Below the pieces are notes generated by a model. It ran no database searches, was not told the origin of the DNA, and saw nothing but the letters and a program-made list of their open reading frames with translations. From Acidobacteriota bacterium (GTDB lineage Bacteria; Acidobacteriota; UBA890; WLXD01): a stretch of 64,000 nt of DNA. Positions 9,088-18,688 of this stretch are shown piece by piece. The position numbers and the translations under genes were made by a program. The stretch covers positions 320,001 through 384,000 of the forward strand of contig CAXWPL010000001.1 of assembly GCA_963666215.2 (NCBI GenBank), given 5' to 3'. Position 1 is the stretch's first letter. Each line of letters starts with the position of its first letter.

Positions 9088-9313
9088 GGCTCGCCAGCGC
9101 CAGGGTGAAAGCGACTATCGTGGCTGGGATCTTTGACGTCGGCTTCACGCGGTCGTTACCTCACGAGCGAATCTGCGTTGGCGGCCTCGACGGACATCAG
9201 TCGGTCGATCTGGCAACCGCGCTATCCTCGCACGCGTCTCGCGCCGCGGCTGACACAAGCCGGCATCGATTCATGATCTTCGGTCCATACCGAATCGCGG
9301 AGTTCTCCTGACG

Positions 9314-10501
9314 ATGAGCGCAGCGCCGCTCGTTCTGGCCACGATGACCCTTCTCGGGTGGCTAGCGTTCGCGTTCGACGCCTGGCGAGGGCGTCGGCTC
9401 GTGCGATTCCTCGAGCACGTCGATCCTGCGACCATCGATCGGCGCGCGCTGCCGTCAGTCTCGATCGTGATCGCGGCGCGCAACGAGGAGCGCAACCTGC
9501 GCCAGGCGCTGCAATCGGTGCTGGCGCTCGACTATCCGGGCCTCGAGGTCGTCGTCGTCAACGATCGCTCAGAAGACGGCACGGCGCTGATTCTCGAAGA
9601 GCTCAGCCGCGGCGTCGCAGAAACAGCGCAAGCGAACGACAGAAGCGCGCCAGCTGCTCGTCTCGCCATCGAGCAGGTCACCGAGTTGCCGGACGGCTGG
9701 CTCGGGAAAAACCACGCGCTGCACCGCGGCGCCGAGCGTGCCACCGGTGACCTCCTGCTGTTCACCGATGCCGATGTGATCTTCGAACCCACTTCGTTGC
9801 TGCGTGCGGTGGCGTGCATTCAGCGCGACAACCTCGACCACCTCCCCGCGGGCAGCGACGTCAGGACCCCCACGGCCGCTCTCGAGCTGTTTGTTGCGAC
9901 ATTCGCGCTCTTCTTCAACGCCTACTTCCGGCCCTGGCGGATGGCCAACGAGAAGACGAAGCAGGGCATCGGTATCGGCGCGTTCAACCTGGTTCGCCGC
10001 AACGCCTACGAGCGTGCCGGCGGGCACCGTGCGATCGCGATGCGCACCGACGACGACATCCGGCTCGGTCAGGCCCTGCGCGATACAGGCTCCCGTCAGG
10101 CCTTCGCCGTTGCCGGCCAGCTGGTGGCGGTGGAGTGGTATCCAGACCTACCCGCGGCCATGCGCGGGCTGGAGAAGAACGCCCTTGCGGCGACCAACTT
10201 CTCGCTCGTCACCCTCGTTGGCGGTGCGGCGGCGCAGCTGATGCTCACAACATGGCCGTTCGTGGCGATCTTCCTCACCCACGGACCAACCCAGCTCGTT
10301 AATATCGCCGTCTACATCCTGCTCACCGCAATCCAGCTCGCCTTTTTGAGCCACCTCAGCGTACGGAGCTGGACTGCCTTCGCCCTGCCCCTGGGCTCCC
10401 TCCTGGTGGTGTTCGCCATGTTGCGCGCCGCGATCATTACCTACTGGCGCGGCGGCGTTGAATGGCGCGGCACGTTCTACGAGCTCGACAAGCTTCGATA
10501 G
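9314..10501 (+). CDS. GT2-family membrane glycosyltransferase (CrtQ/HpnB-like)
   Basis: SIVIAARNEE, VVNDRSEDGT, GWLGKNHA, FTDAD, DDIRLG, C-terminal TM helices and VEWRG. Confidence 0.9.
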   Translation: MSAAPLVLATMTLLGWLAFAFDAWRGRRLVRFLEHVDPATIDRRALPSVSIVIAARNEERNLRQALQSVLALDYPGLEVVVVNDRSEDGTALILEELSRGVAETAQANDRSAPAARLAIEQVTELPDGWLGKNHALHRGAERATGDLLLFTDADVIFEPTSLLRAVACIQRDNLDHLPAGSDVRTPTAALELFVATFALFFNAYFRPWRMANEKTKQGIGIGAFNLVRRNAYERAGGHRAIAMRTDDDIRLGQALRDTGSRQAFAVAGQLVAVEWYPDLPAAMRGLEKNALAATNFSLVTLVGGAAAQLMLTTWPFVAIFLTHGPTQLVNIAVYILLTAIQLAFLSHLSVRSWTAFALPLGSLLVVFAMLRAAIITYWRGGVEWRGTFYELDKLR

Positions 10502-10605
10502 ATCAGCCGGCGGGTCCGCCCACGCGCGCGCCGTGGTGTTCGCTGCCCGCCCCACCGCTCCGTTAGCAGTGCTATCTGGCGGGCAGAGAGTCCCCCCGGT
10601 CCGGC

Positions 10606-11010
10606 TCAGTACTCCAGAGCCGTCGTGGCGTCCTTGTCGTCCTTATCGAGGAAGGCACCGCGACCGGCGCCCTTGATGTTGGGCCACATGGCGGCGTTGA
10701 AGACCGTCGAATGGTCGATTCCCAGAGCGTGCCCGAACTCGTGGTTGAGCAGCTCAATGAGCCCTTTGGTGGTTGTGTCCAGCCAGCACTCGATGCCGTC
10801 CTGGGTGACGATGTCGCCCTCGGTGATCGTCTTGAACGTCGTTGCACTGTCGGCCTGCGCGGTCGAATGATTAGAACCGTCGGTCCACCATCCACCGAAC
10901 GCCAGGATGCCACCGGTGACGCAGTTGAACGAGCCCGCGATGTCGTTGTTCTCGTCGTTGAAAAGCAACGTGTTGACGCCATCGGGACCACCGAAGCCCG
11001 CTGCCGTGGC
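10606..11010 (-). pseudogene. Matrixin (M10-like metzincin) catalytic fragment lacking N-terminus
   Basis: HEFGHALGIDHS zinc motif and AAMWP Met-turn. Upstream DGVNTLLFND. Frame runs into unrelated sequence near 11010-11030 and stops near 11050. Confidence 0.8.
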
Positions 11011-11788
11011 TGCCGTCGCCCCGACCGAGGCTCTCGGCCAAACCGCCCTCTATGCCATCGTCTACGACTACGACGATGCTGGTCGCGGGGCCCTCTACCA
11101 CATCGACCCGGCTACCGAGACCGTGACGGAGATCGGTGGTCTCGGGTCCGCGATCCATTACGTCAGCGGGATCGCTTTCGACGCCGACGGCACATTGTAC
11201 GGATGGGGTTTTCCGACCAATGACTGCTGCGGGATAGCTGGGCTCGTCACAATCAACTTGACCAGCGGCAAGGCGACGATTGCGGCCAAGAGGCAAGCCG
11301 ATTTCGAACTGGCCTTCGGCGACATTACCTTCAAGCCTGGCGTCAAGCGCTTCGGGATGCTAGCGAACTCCGCACAGGACGAGGATCTAGATCAGGGAGT
11401 GTTCAAGATCCGCAGGAACGCCAAGATCGCTCCGCTGCCCAACATGCGGGCGCCGGCAGGCGACGAGGGCAACGCCATCGCGGCCAACGCCAAGGGCCAG
11501 GTCTTCGTGCTCGACGATGTCGAATTGGCCATGGTTCAGGCGGACGGCAAGCTGCGCAAGCACCGCACGCTGGATTTCGGCGCCATCTCCGGGCCCGACG
11601 ACTCACGCGTGAACTCGGCGACATTCGACACCGACGGAACCCTCTGGGGCATCGTGAACACGATCGACGAAAGCTTGCCGGACGTCGGCGGCCAGTACCT
11701 CGTCACGATCGATAAGAAAGGCAACGTGACGACCAAGTTCAAGTTGCCCAAAAAACTCCACTTCGACGCCCTGGCGGCGCCGCGCTGA
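11001..11788 (+). pseudogene. Secreted beta-propeller-like protein lacking its start
   Basis: Repeats LYHIDPAT, GIAFDADGTLYG, LVTINLTSG, ATFDTDGTLWG, LVTIDKKG. Begins in what looks like the tail of a signal peptide (AAVAAVAPTEALGQ). Confidence 0.65.
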
Positions 11789-12127
11789 ACCGAGACGCCG
11801 ACGATCGATCGCGGCGAGCCTGGCGGATCGACGACACACGGGTGCAGTACTTCGCACCCGGGACCACCGAGCTGTCCGTGAGCTCGGTGGTCTCTGCGGG
11901 CGAGGCCAACTTGTTGCGGCCAACCTCGTGTTCGGGCCGCACGCCACCAAGTACCCCTCACCTCGCCGCCGATGTAGCGCCGGCCCATCTCTGGTGGGCA
12001 AATCGGTTGACCTGCACCGAGGGAAGTTGTCGAACATGATCCGCGTCATGTTCTTGCGGCTGCAACTTCGGCATGATCGGGTCTCACCGCCCTAGCATCA
12101 CGCCACCCGTCAGCACGTGAGGTCCAC

Positions 12128-12682
12128 ATGTCGAGCTACGCCCGATTCGTCGGCCCGACGATCGTCACTGTCCTCGCCGCGAGCACACTCAGCGGCTTCG
12201 TCTCGAGCCCGCGGCCCTTCGCCAGGCCCCAGACCGGCCTCGAACAGGCCGGGCAGTCGATCTTCAGCGCCCTCGAGGAGGTCGTGGCCCGCCTCGAGGC
12301 CGACCCCACCACCGATTGGTCCGAGGTCTCGATCGACTCACTGCGCGAGCACCTCGTCCAGATGGATGACGTCTTCGTTCACGCGCGGGTAACCCACGAA
12401 GCCACGCCTGCCGGCGCGCGCTTTCTGATCGACGGCAGCCCGCAGGTGTTGGCCTCAGCCACCGCGATGCTCCAGGCCCACACTCGCATGTCTGCCGACT
12501 TCCGCGGCTGGCAAGCCGTCCTCGAAACCGATCCCGAGCTCGTCCTCACGCTCTCGAGCGACGACCCTGACGAGCGCCTGAGGATCCGCGCGCTCGGCCT
12601 CTTCGGCTACCTCGCGGCAGGCGGCCATCATCGTCGTCACCACCTGATGATGGCCACCGGCGCACATCCACACTCGCCTTAG
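12128..12682 (+). CDS. Exported hypothetical protein with His/Met-rich C-terminus
   Basis: Signal peptide, DPTTDWSEVSIDSLREHLVQM, IRALGLFG...GHHRRHHLMMATG. RBS GAGG. Confidence 0.75.
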   Translation: MSSYARFVGPTIVTVLAASTLSGFVSSPRPFARPQTGLEQAGQSIFSALEEVVARLEADPTTDWSEVSIDSLREHLVQMDDVFVHARVTHEATPAGARFLIDGSPQVLASATAMLQAHTRMSADFRGWQAVLETDPELVLTLSSDDPDERLRIRALGLFGYLAAGGHHRRHHLMMATGAHPHSP

Positions 12683-12795
12683 CGCCGCCAGCCCAATCCA
12701 TCTCCGCGAAGGTCTGGCTTCTGCCCGCCTGCAACTCGCCCGTGCACGGCCGTCTCATCTGGTTGGAAGTGACTTCCGAAGACGGAGATGACGTG

Positions 12796-12811
12796 ATATG
12801 GGTATATGGGT
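12796..12811 (+). promoter_or_regulatory. Tandem ATATGGGT repeat at the antitoxin start, candidate autoregulatory operator
   Basis: Two perfect adjacent 8-mers overlapping the start codon(s). Confidence 0.45.
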
Positions 12812-13055
12812 GAAAACAACCGTAGATATTGCCGACCCCCTGTTCCGCGAAACCAAGCGTGTCGCGGCCGCTGAAGGCACGACGATTCGCGCGCTCATCG
12901 AAGCCGGTCTGCGATCGGAGCTGAAGCGGCGCACTGCGACCCGCGGATTCCGCTTGCGCGACGAGAGCTTTGGAGGTGAGGGGCTACAACCTGGAGTCGC
13001 GGAGGGCGGCTGGGAGCGAATCCGAGACATGATCTACGAGGGCCGCGGCGGGTGA
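12810..13055 (+). CDS. vapB: VapB-type antitoxin (RHH/CopG-like)
   Basis: KTTVDIADPLFRETKRVAAAEGTTIRALIEAGLR. GTGA overlap with the PIN toxin. Confidence 0.85.
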   Translation: MKTTVDIADPLFRETKRVAAAEGTTIRALIEAGLRSELKRRTATRGFRLRDESFGGEGLQPGVAEGGWERIRDMIYEGRGG

Positions 13056-13492
13056 TCGCGGTCGACACGAATCTGCTCGTCTACGCACATCGCGCCGACT
13101 CACCGTGGCACAAGCCGGCCGCGGCGGCGATCCAAGCGCTCGCGCAGTCGCCCAGCGCCTGGACGATCCCATGGCCTTGCCTCCACGAGTTCCTCGGAAT
13201 CGTCACGCATCCGGGGATCTACCTGCCGCCAACGTCTTTGGTCAAAGCCCTGGCTCAAGTGCGCGCCTGGCTCGAGTCACCCGGACTCGATCCGCTGTCG
13301 GAAAACGCCGGCTATGCGGACCGACTCAGCGAGGTGCTTCGAGCTTCGAAAGTGGTCGGACCGCGCGTTCACGACGCGCGCGTCGCGGCGCTGTGTCTGC
13401 ATCACGGGGTGTCTGAGCTGTGGACCGCCGACCGTGACTTCAGTCGCTTTCGCGATTTGAAGACTCGCAATCCTCTCGTGAAGAGCGCGTAG
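13052..13492 (+). CDS. vapC: VapC PIN-domain ribonuclease toxin
   Basis: IAVDTNLLVYA, HEFL, VHDARVAALC, LWTADRDFSRF. Confidence 0.93.
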   Translation: MIAVDTNLLVYAHRADSPWHKPAAAAIQALAQSPSAWTIPWPCLHEFLGIVTHPGIYLPPTSLVKALAQVRAWLESPGLDPLSENAGYADRLSEVLRASKVVGPRVHDARVAALCLHHGVSELWTADRDFSRFRDLKTRNPLVKSA

Positions 13493-13898
13493 CTCCGCCG
13501 ACCACCGTCGGTCGCTCAGCATCCGACGCGAGCACGGCTTCGAAAGACTCGCCCTGGCGTTCGAGCCAGCCCTCGAGGCGGTCGGTGCAGTCGCAGTCGC
13601 TGCAGGCCCACGGCTCGGTGCCGTTCTTGTCACGGCAACGCGCTGGGTTGTGGGCGTTCTTGATCGCCAGCAGCTCGAAGTACTCCTCCCAGTAGGGGAT
13701 CTCCTCTTCGAGCGGCGTCGGGCAGTAGCAAACTTCGACCCAACGGACGGCGCCGTCATCGAACCGACGTGCATGCGCCATATCGCGGATGTACTCACCA
13801 CCAGCAACCGAGCCGGCGCCGAGGCTGCCGTCGTCGACCGCGCGACGTAATGCGCCAGCCTTCCCGGGGCGAAGGCGAGCTTTCACGAAGTAGCGCGT
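13440..13898 (-). CDS. Cys-rich hypothetical protein
   Basis: Protein-like frame from xRYFVKARLRPG with VCYC, C, CSDCDC. Putative start position holds ACG. 3' end overlaps vapC. Confidence 0.7.
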   Translation of the reverse strand, partial: TRYFVKARLRPGKAGALRRAVDDGSLGAGSVAGGEYIRDMAHARRFDDGAVRWVEVCYCPTPLEEEIPYWEEYFELLAIKNAHNPARCRDKNGTEPWACSDCDCTDRLEGWLERQGESFEAVLASDAERPTVVGGATRSSREDCESSNRESD

Positions 13899-14087
13899 CG
13901 GGACAGTTTCCCACGCGGCGAATCTTCCGATGGCGTGGGTGCGGTCACGAGAGGCGCGCTTCGGTGGGAACAGCCGCCCCCTCTTGACGCGTCGGAGGAA
14001 GAAGACAACGATCAGCGGAACGCCAGGCTGTCGATTCCGGGCCGTCCTCGCCTCCTTCCAGGAACTGCGCCGCTGCCGAGGCCCACT

Positions 14088-15284
14088 GTGAACGAACAAC
14101 GTCTCCCTGTTTTCGCTGCCCTCGCGGCGGCTCTATCGCTCGCCCTTGCGGCTGGCGTCGCGGCCTTTGTCATCCGCTCCGAGCCGCGCGTCCGCCCGGC
14201 GCCGGCGTTCGAGAACGCGCCCCGGGTCGAAGTCGATGCAACGCCGCCCGCAGCAACAACGATCGCCAATCCCGACTACTTCGACGCCATTACAAACGCG
14301 CGCCGAGTTGCCCGCGACAACCTCGGCATCGGGCTTCCAGGGCTGTCGATTGCGGTCAGCGTCGGCGGTGAGATCGTCTGGGCAGAGGGATTCGGTTGGG
14401 CTGACATCGAGCAGGGCATGGCGGTTACGCCACGCCACAAGTTCCGCATCGGCAGCGTATCCAAGCCGATGACCGCCGCGGCGTTGGCGCTGCTCTGGGA
14501 AGAAGGCGCGATCGATCTCGACCTTCCTGTTCAGACGTACGTCCCCGACTTTCCCGAGAAGGAATTCCCGATCACCACGCGACAACTGGCCGGACACCTA
14601 GCGGGAATCCGTCACTATCGAGGCGACGAGTTTGTCAGCTCGCTGCACTACCCGACCGTGTCAGACGGTCTCGAGATCTTCGCCAACGACGCGCTGCTCC
14701 ACGAGCCCGGCTCCGCCTACCAGTATTCGAGCTACGGATGGAATCTGATCTCTGCGGTCATCGAGGGAGCCTCCCAGAGTGAGTTCCTGGAGCTCATGCA
14801 GGCGCGCGTTTTCGACCCGCTCGGGCTCCGCCAAACCGCGCCCGATCAGAACCTCGACGTCATCCCGCACCGCGTCAGCTTCTATAGCCAAAGTCCAGCG
14901 GGAAACGGACGCTTCATCAACGGCCCCTACGTCGACAACAGCTACAAGTGGGCCGGCGGCGGCTTTCTCTCCACGCCCAGCGACCTGGTCCGCTTCGCGT
15001 CCGCCCATCTGGAGCCAGGTTACCTGCGCGCCGAGACGCTCGAGCTTCTCTTTACGTCGCAGACCCTTGCTGACGGCACGGAGACCGGCTACGGCATCGG
15101 CTGGGGAGTTCGCGACGATCCCGGCGGCAGGAGGCTCATCTCTCACGGTGGCGGATCTGTGGGCGGCACCACGATGCTCGCGATGTGGCCAGAAGAAAAG
15201 CTGGTGGTGGCAATGGCAACCAATCTGTCCAGCGCCCCCGCCCTGCGGTTTCAAGAGATCGCCGAGGCCTTCCTCGCGCGGTAG
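14088..15284 (+). CDS. Serine hydrolase, class C beta-lactamase/PBP-like
   Basis: FRIGSVSK (SxxK), YQYSSYG, WAGGG, HGGG. N-terminal TM/signal. Confidence 0.92.
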   Translation: MNEQRLPVFAALAAALSLALAAGVAAFVIRSEPRVRPAPAFENAPRVEVDATPPAATTIANPDYFDAITNARRVARDNLGIGLPGLSIAVSVGGEIVWAEGFGWADIEQGMAVTPRHKFRIGSVSKPMTAAALALLWEEGAIDLDLPVQTYVPDFPEKEFPITTRQLAGHLAGIRHYRGDEFVSSLHYPTVSDGLEIFANDALLHEPGSAYQYSSYGWNLISAVIEGASQSEFLELMQARVFDPLGLRQTAPDQNLDVIPHRVSFYSQSPAGNGRFINGPYVDNSYKWAGGGFLSTPSDLVRFASAHLEPGYLRAETLELLFTSQTLADGTETGYGIGWGVRDDPGGRRLISHGGGSVGGTTMLAMWPEEKLVVAMATNLSSAPALRFQEIAEAFLAR

Positions 15285-15296
15285 CCGGCGGTCGCT

Positions 15297-15827
15297 CTAG
15301 TCGTCGAGCCCCGGATGTGCGCCTGCGACCGCGTACCGGCCACGCTCGAACAACAGCGCGTCGCCCTCGCTCGATTGAATGGCCACCACTTGGCCGACGA
15401 AGATGACGTGGTCGCCACCGTCGTATTCGTTCCACAGCCGGCATTCGAAGCAGACCACGCAACCGTGCAGGAGTGGCGCGCCACCCGCACCGCGTTCGAA
15501 GCTCACACCGTCGAACTTGTCGTCTCGGGTCGTTGCAAAGCGGTTCGACAGCTCAATCTGGTCGGCCGCGAGCACGTTCACCGCGAAGTGCGACGCGGCG
15601 CGAAAGACGTCGAGTGCCCCCGAGCTTCTCTGCAGGCTCCAAAGGATCAGCGGCGGCTCCATCGACACGGAGCTGAAGCTGTTGACCGTGAGACCGACGT
15701 TGTCGCTACCGTCGACGGTATCGGGCAGCCTGAGCTCTTCCGGTACCTGCGCCGTGACAATGGTCACGCCGGTGGCGAAGCACCCCAGGGCGTTGCGCAA
15801 CTCGCGCGTGTCGATGGCTTCAGTCAT
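15297..15827 (-). CDS. Flavin reductase family protein (HpaC-like)
   Basis: LGCFATGVTIVT, TVNSFSSVSMEPP, GGDHVIFVGQV. Confidence 0.93.
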   Translation of the reverse strand: MTEAIDTRELRNALGCFATGVTIVTAQVPEELRLPDTVDGSDNVGLTVNSFSSVSMEPPLILWSLQRSSGALDVFRAASHFAVNVLAADQIELSNRFATTRDDKFDGVSFERGAGGAPLLHGCVVCFECRLWNEYDGGDHVIFVGQVVAIQSSEGDALLFERGRYAVAGAHPGLDD

Positions 15828-15850
15828 GGCGCTCGTAAATTGTGGCTAGA

Positions 15851-16893
15851 TGTGAGTTCTAGGTAGGTTGTTCACGAACTCACCCCTGAGAGCCGAGCGA
15901 TCGGCGGTGTCATGCCGATGCCGGCGTGGGGGCGGTGACGATTGTAGTGGTTGAGCCAGGGCCGTAGAGCTCGAGTACGTCGAGCTGAGGTCTGGTAGCA
16001 GGTGCCGTAGGCCCACTGCTCCTTGAGTGTGCGGATGAAGCGTTCGGCTTTGCCGTTGGTTCTGGGGGTGTAGGGCCGGGTGTAAATGTGCCGGATCTCG
16101 AGTTGATGGCATAGGCGATTGAAGCGCTTCGAGACGTAGCCAGGCCCGTTGTCTGTCATCACTCGGCGCACCGCTACTCCCATCGAAGCGAAGTGCTCGA
16201 CGGCTCGCTGCAGGAACGCTGTGCAGGTGTGTTGGTCTTCGGCGGGCAGCACTTCGACGTACGCCACCCGAGAGTGATCGTCGATAGCGACGTGGGCGTT
16301 CTCCCAGCCGACGCCGTAGGCCCGCTTGGAGCGGTCGCCGTGGATGCGGTGTCCAGGTCGCCGGATACGGGCCAGTTTCTTCGTATCCAGGTGCAGTAGG
16401 TCACCGGGGTGCTCGTACTCGTAGCGAACGATCTCGGGCTTGGGCTCGAGCGCATCAAGCTTGGCGAGTCCGAGCCGCTTCAGCCACGCCGAGACGGTCG
16501 AGCGCGGCACAGCCAACCTTCGGCTGATCTGCCAGGCCGTCAGTCGCCGCCGACGTAGCTTGTCGATCTGCCTCACAACTCCAGCGCTTGTTGCGTGCGG
16601 ACAGCACGTCGGCCGGCTTGATCGATCGAGCAGCCCGGCCTCACCTTCTCGCTCGTATCTATCCAGCCACTTGTAAACCGTTCGAGCCGACACGCCGAGC
16701 GCCGCCGCCGTTTCCGTCACGGGCTCCGCCCGCTCCCGGACTCGGCGGACCATCTCTCGGCGTATATACGGCGTCGTGCGGGCGTTACCATGCAGCTGCA
16801 TCGGGCACTCCTTCTGAGGTCGTGGAGTCTTTTGAACAACCCCATTGATCTCAGAAGTGAGCCCCGATGTGAACAACCTACTTAGAAAACACA
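15851..16893 (-). mobile_element. IS481-family insertion sequence
   Basis: TGT...ACA ends and 25-bp IRs matching at 22/25. Flanks GCTAGA / GCTAGT (CTAG target). Confidence 0.93.
15872..16801 (-). CDS. IS481-family transposase
   Basis: MQLHGNARTTP, HTH, LHLDTKKL, IDDHSR, TDNG, PRTNGKAERF, YNRHRPH. RBS AAGGAG. Confidence 0.95.
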   Translation of the reverse strand: MQLHGNARTTPYIRREMVRRVRERAEPVTETAAALGVSARTVYKWLDRYEREGEAGLLDRSSRPTCCPHATSAGVVRQIDKLRRRRLTAWQISRRLAVPRSTVSAWLKRLGLAKLDALEPKPEIVRYEYEHPGDLLHLDTKKLARIRRPGHRIHGDRSKRAYGVGWENAHVAIDDHSRVAYVEVLPAEDQHTCTAFLQRAVEHFASMGVAVRRVMTDNGPGYVSKRFNRLCHQLEIRHIYTRPYTPRTNGKAERFIRTLKEQWAYGTCYQTSARRTRALRPWLNHYNRHRPHAGIGMTPPIARLSGVSS

Positions 16894-17027
16894 GCTAGTC
16901 AGGTTGTGGCAAAGAGGCAAACGGCGCTCTAGTCTAACGCTCGCCGAGAGTCGCGTGATGGCGGCGGAAGCTCGGCGCAAGATTCGCGCGGTCATCGCAA
17001 ACACCGAGTCCAGGGCATCCGCAAACC

Positions 17028-18674
17028 ATGGAAACTCCGCTACTTGTCGACGACTTCTTACAGCGTGCGGCGCGGGTGTATTCCGACAAGATCGCGATCG
17101 TCGACGGCTCGCTGCGGCTGAGCTACGCCGACTTCGAGCGCCGTGTGAACCAGCTGTCGCACGCGTTGACCGGCCTCGGGATCGGCAGGGGTGACCGCGT
17201 ATGCATCCTCAGTCCGAACTCGCACCACTTTCTCGAGAGCTTCTACGGCACGGCGCAGATCGGCGTCATCCTGGTACCGCTCAACTACAGGCTCGTGGCC
17301 GAGGACCATCGCTACATCCTCGATCACGCGGGCGTAAAGGCAGTCCTTGTGGACGACGAGTACACCGATGTTGTCGACTCGATTCGAGAACATCTCGACG
17401 CGGTCGAGCATTGGATCGTCGCGCGTCACGCCGCCAGCTCGGCTCGCGAGGCCGATCAGGACGACCCACCGGACTCCGAGTGGAGCGCCCCCGATGGCTG
17501 GGTCGACTGGGAGGAGCTCATCGCTGACCTTCCGCAGACGCCGCCCGACAGGCCGGAGCGCAGCGAGAACGACGTCGTTTCGATCAACTACACCTCGGGG
17601 ACGACGGCGCGGCCGAAGGGCGTGATGCTTACCCACCGCAATTGCTACATCAACGCGTACAGCCTCATCGCGCATCTGCGTGTGGCGCACGACGACGTCG
17701 AGCTCTGGACGCTGCCGATGTTCCACTGCAACGGCTGGGGCGGCGTGTACGCGCTCACCGGGATGGGCGGCACACACGTCGTGCTGCGAACCATCGACGG
17801 CGAGCGGATTTTCGATCTCATCGAGCACGAGAAGGTCACGTTCGCCTGCATGGCGCCGACGGTGTTGCGGGTGATCCTCGACTATCCCGACAAGCAACGG
17901 CACGCCATCACCACGCGGCCGCGCTTCACGCTGGCGGGCGCACCACCTCCAGCGGCATACATCGAGCGTGTGGAGGACGAGCTCGGCTGGGAGTTTCTGC
18001 AGATCTACGGGCTCACGGAAACCGCACCGTTTGTCACGTCGTCACAGGTCGATCACGCCACCCAAGCGAGCGACTACGCGCGGCGATCGCGAGCCGGGGT
18101 GCCCGGCATCGGCGTCGACGTGGTGTTGCTCGACGACGACGACAACCCCGTGCCGCGCGATGGCCAGACGGTCGGCGAGATTTGTGTGTGCTCCAACGTC
18201 GTCTTCAAGGGCTACTGGAAACAACCCGAGGAAACCGCGAGAGTCGTTCGCGACGGCTACTTCCATACTGGCGATCTCGCGGTGTGGGACGCCGGCTACA
18301 ACGTCCATGTCGTCGATCGCAAGAAGGACGTGATCATCTCGGGAGGCGAAAACGTCAGCTCGCCGGAGGTCGAAGACGTGCTCTACCAGCACCCGAACGT
18401 CCTGGAGTGCGCGGTGATCGGAGTGCCGCACGAAAAGTGGGGCGAAACCCCCAAGGCGCTGGTGGTTCTTCGAGAAGGAGCGGCGAGCGGCAACGAGCCT
18501 GACCTCACTACCGAGGACGAGCTGCTCGAATTCGCCCGCGAGCGGCTAGCCCATTTCAAGTGTCCGACATCGGTCGAGTTCGTAGAAGCGCTGCCGCGAA
18601 CCGCCACCGGGAAGCTTCAAAAGTACCGGCTACGCGAGGCGTATTGGAAAGGCCACGATCGGCGGGTGAGTTAG
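17028..18674 (+). CDS. Acyl-CoA synthetase (AMP-forming, medium/long-chain fatty acid type)
   Basis: YTSGTTARPKG, YGLTE, FHTGD, DRKKDVIISGGEN, LPRTATGK. Confidence 0.95.
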   Translation: METPLLVDDFLQRAARVYSDKIAIVDGSLRLSYADFERRVNQLSHALTGLGIGRGDRVCILSPNSHHFLESFYGTAQIGVILVPLNYRLVAEDHRYILDHAGVKAVLVDDEYTDVVDSIREHLDAVEHWIVARHAASSAREADQDDPPDSEWSAPDGWVDWEELIADLPQTPPDRPERSENDVVSINYTSGTTARPKGVMLTHRNCYINAYSLIAHLRVAHDDVELWTLPMFHCNGWGGVYALTGMGGTHVVLRTIDGERIFDLIEHEKVTFACMAPTVLRVILDYPDKQRHAITTRPRFTLAGAPPPAAYIERVEDELGWEFLQIYGLTETAPFVTSSQVDHATQASDYARRSRAGVPGIGVDVVLLDDDDNPVPRDGQTVGEICVCSNVVFKGYWKQPEETARVVRDGYFHTGDLAVWDAGYNVHVVDRKKDVIISGGENVSSPEVEDVLYQHPNVLECAVIGVPHEKWGETPKALVVLREGAASGNEPDLTTEDELLEFARERLAHFKCPTSVEFVEALPRTATGKLQKYRLREAYWKGHDRRVS

Positions 18675-18688
18675 CACCTTCTAATCCG

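Noticed and set aside
14088-15284. Serine hydrolases (also 52585..53694) as antibiotic-resistance beta-lactamases
   Set aside because: Only generic SxxK/YxS family motifs are present. Such proteins are common esterases or peptidases, and nothing supports AmpC specificity.
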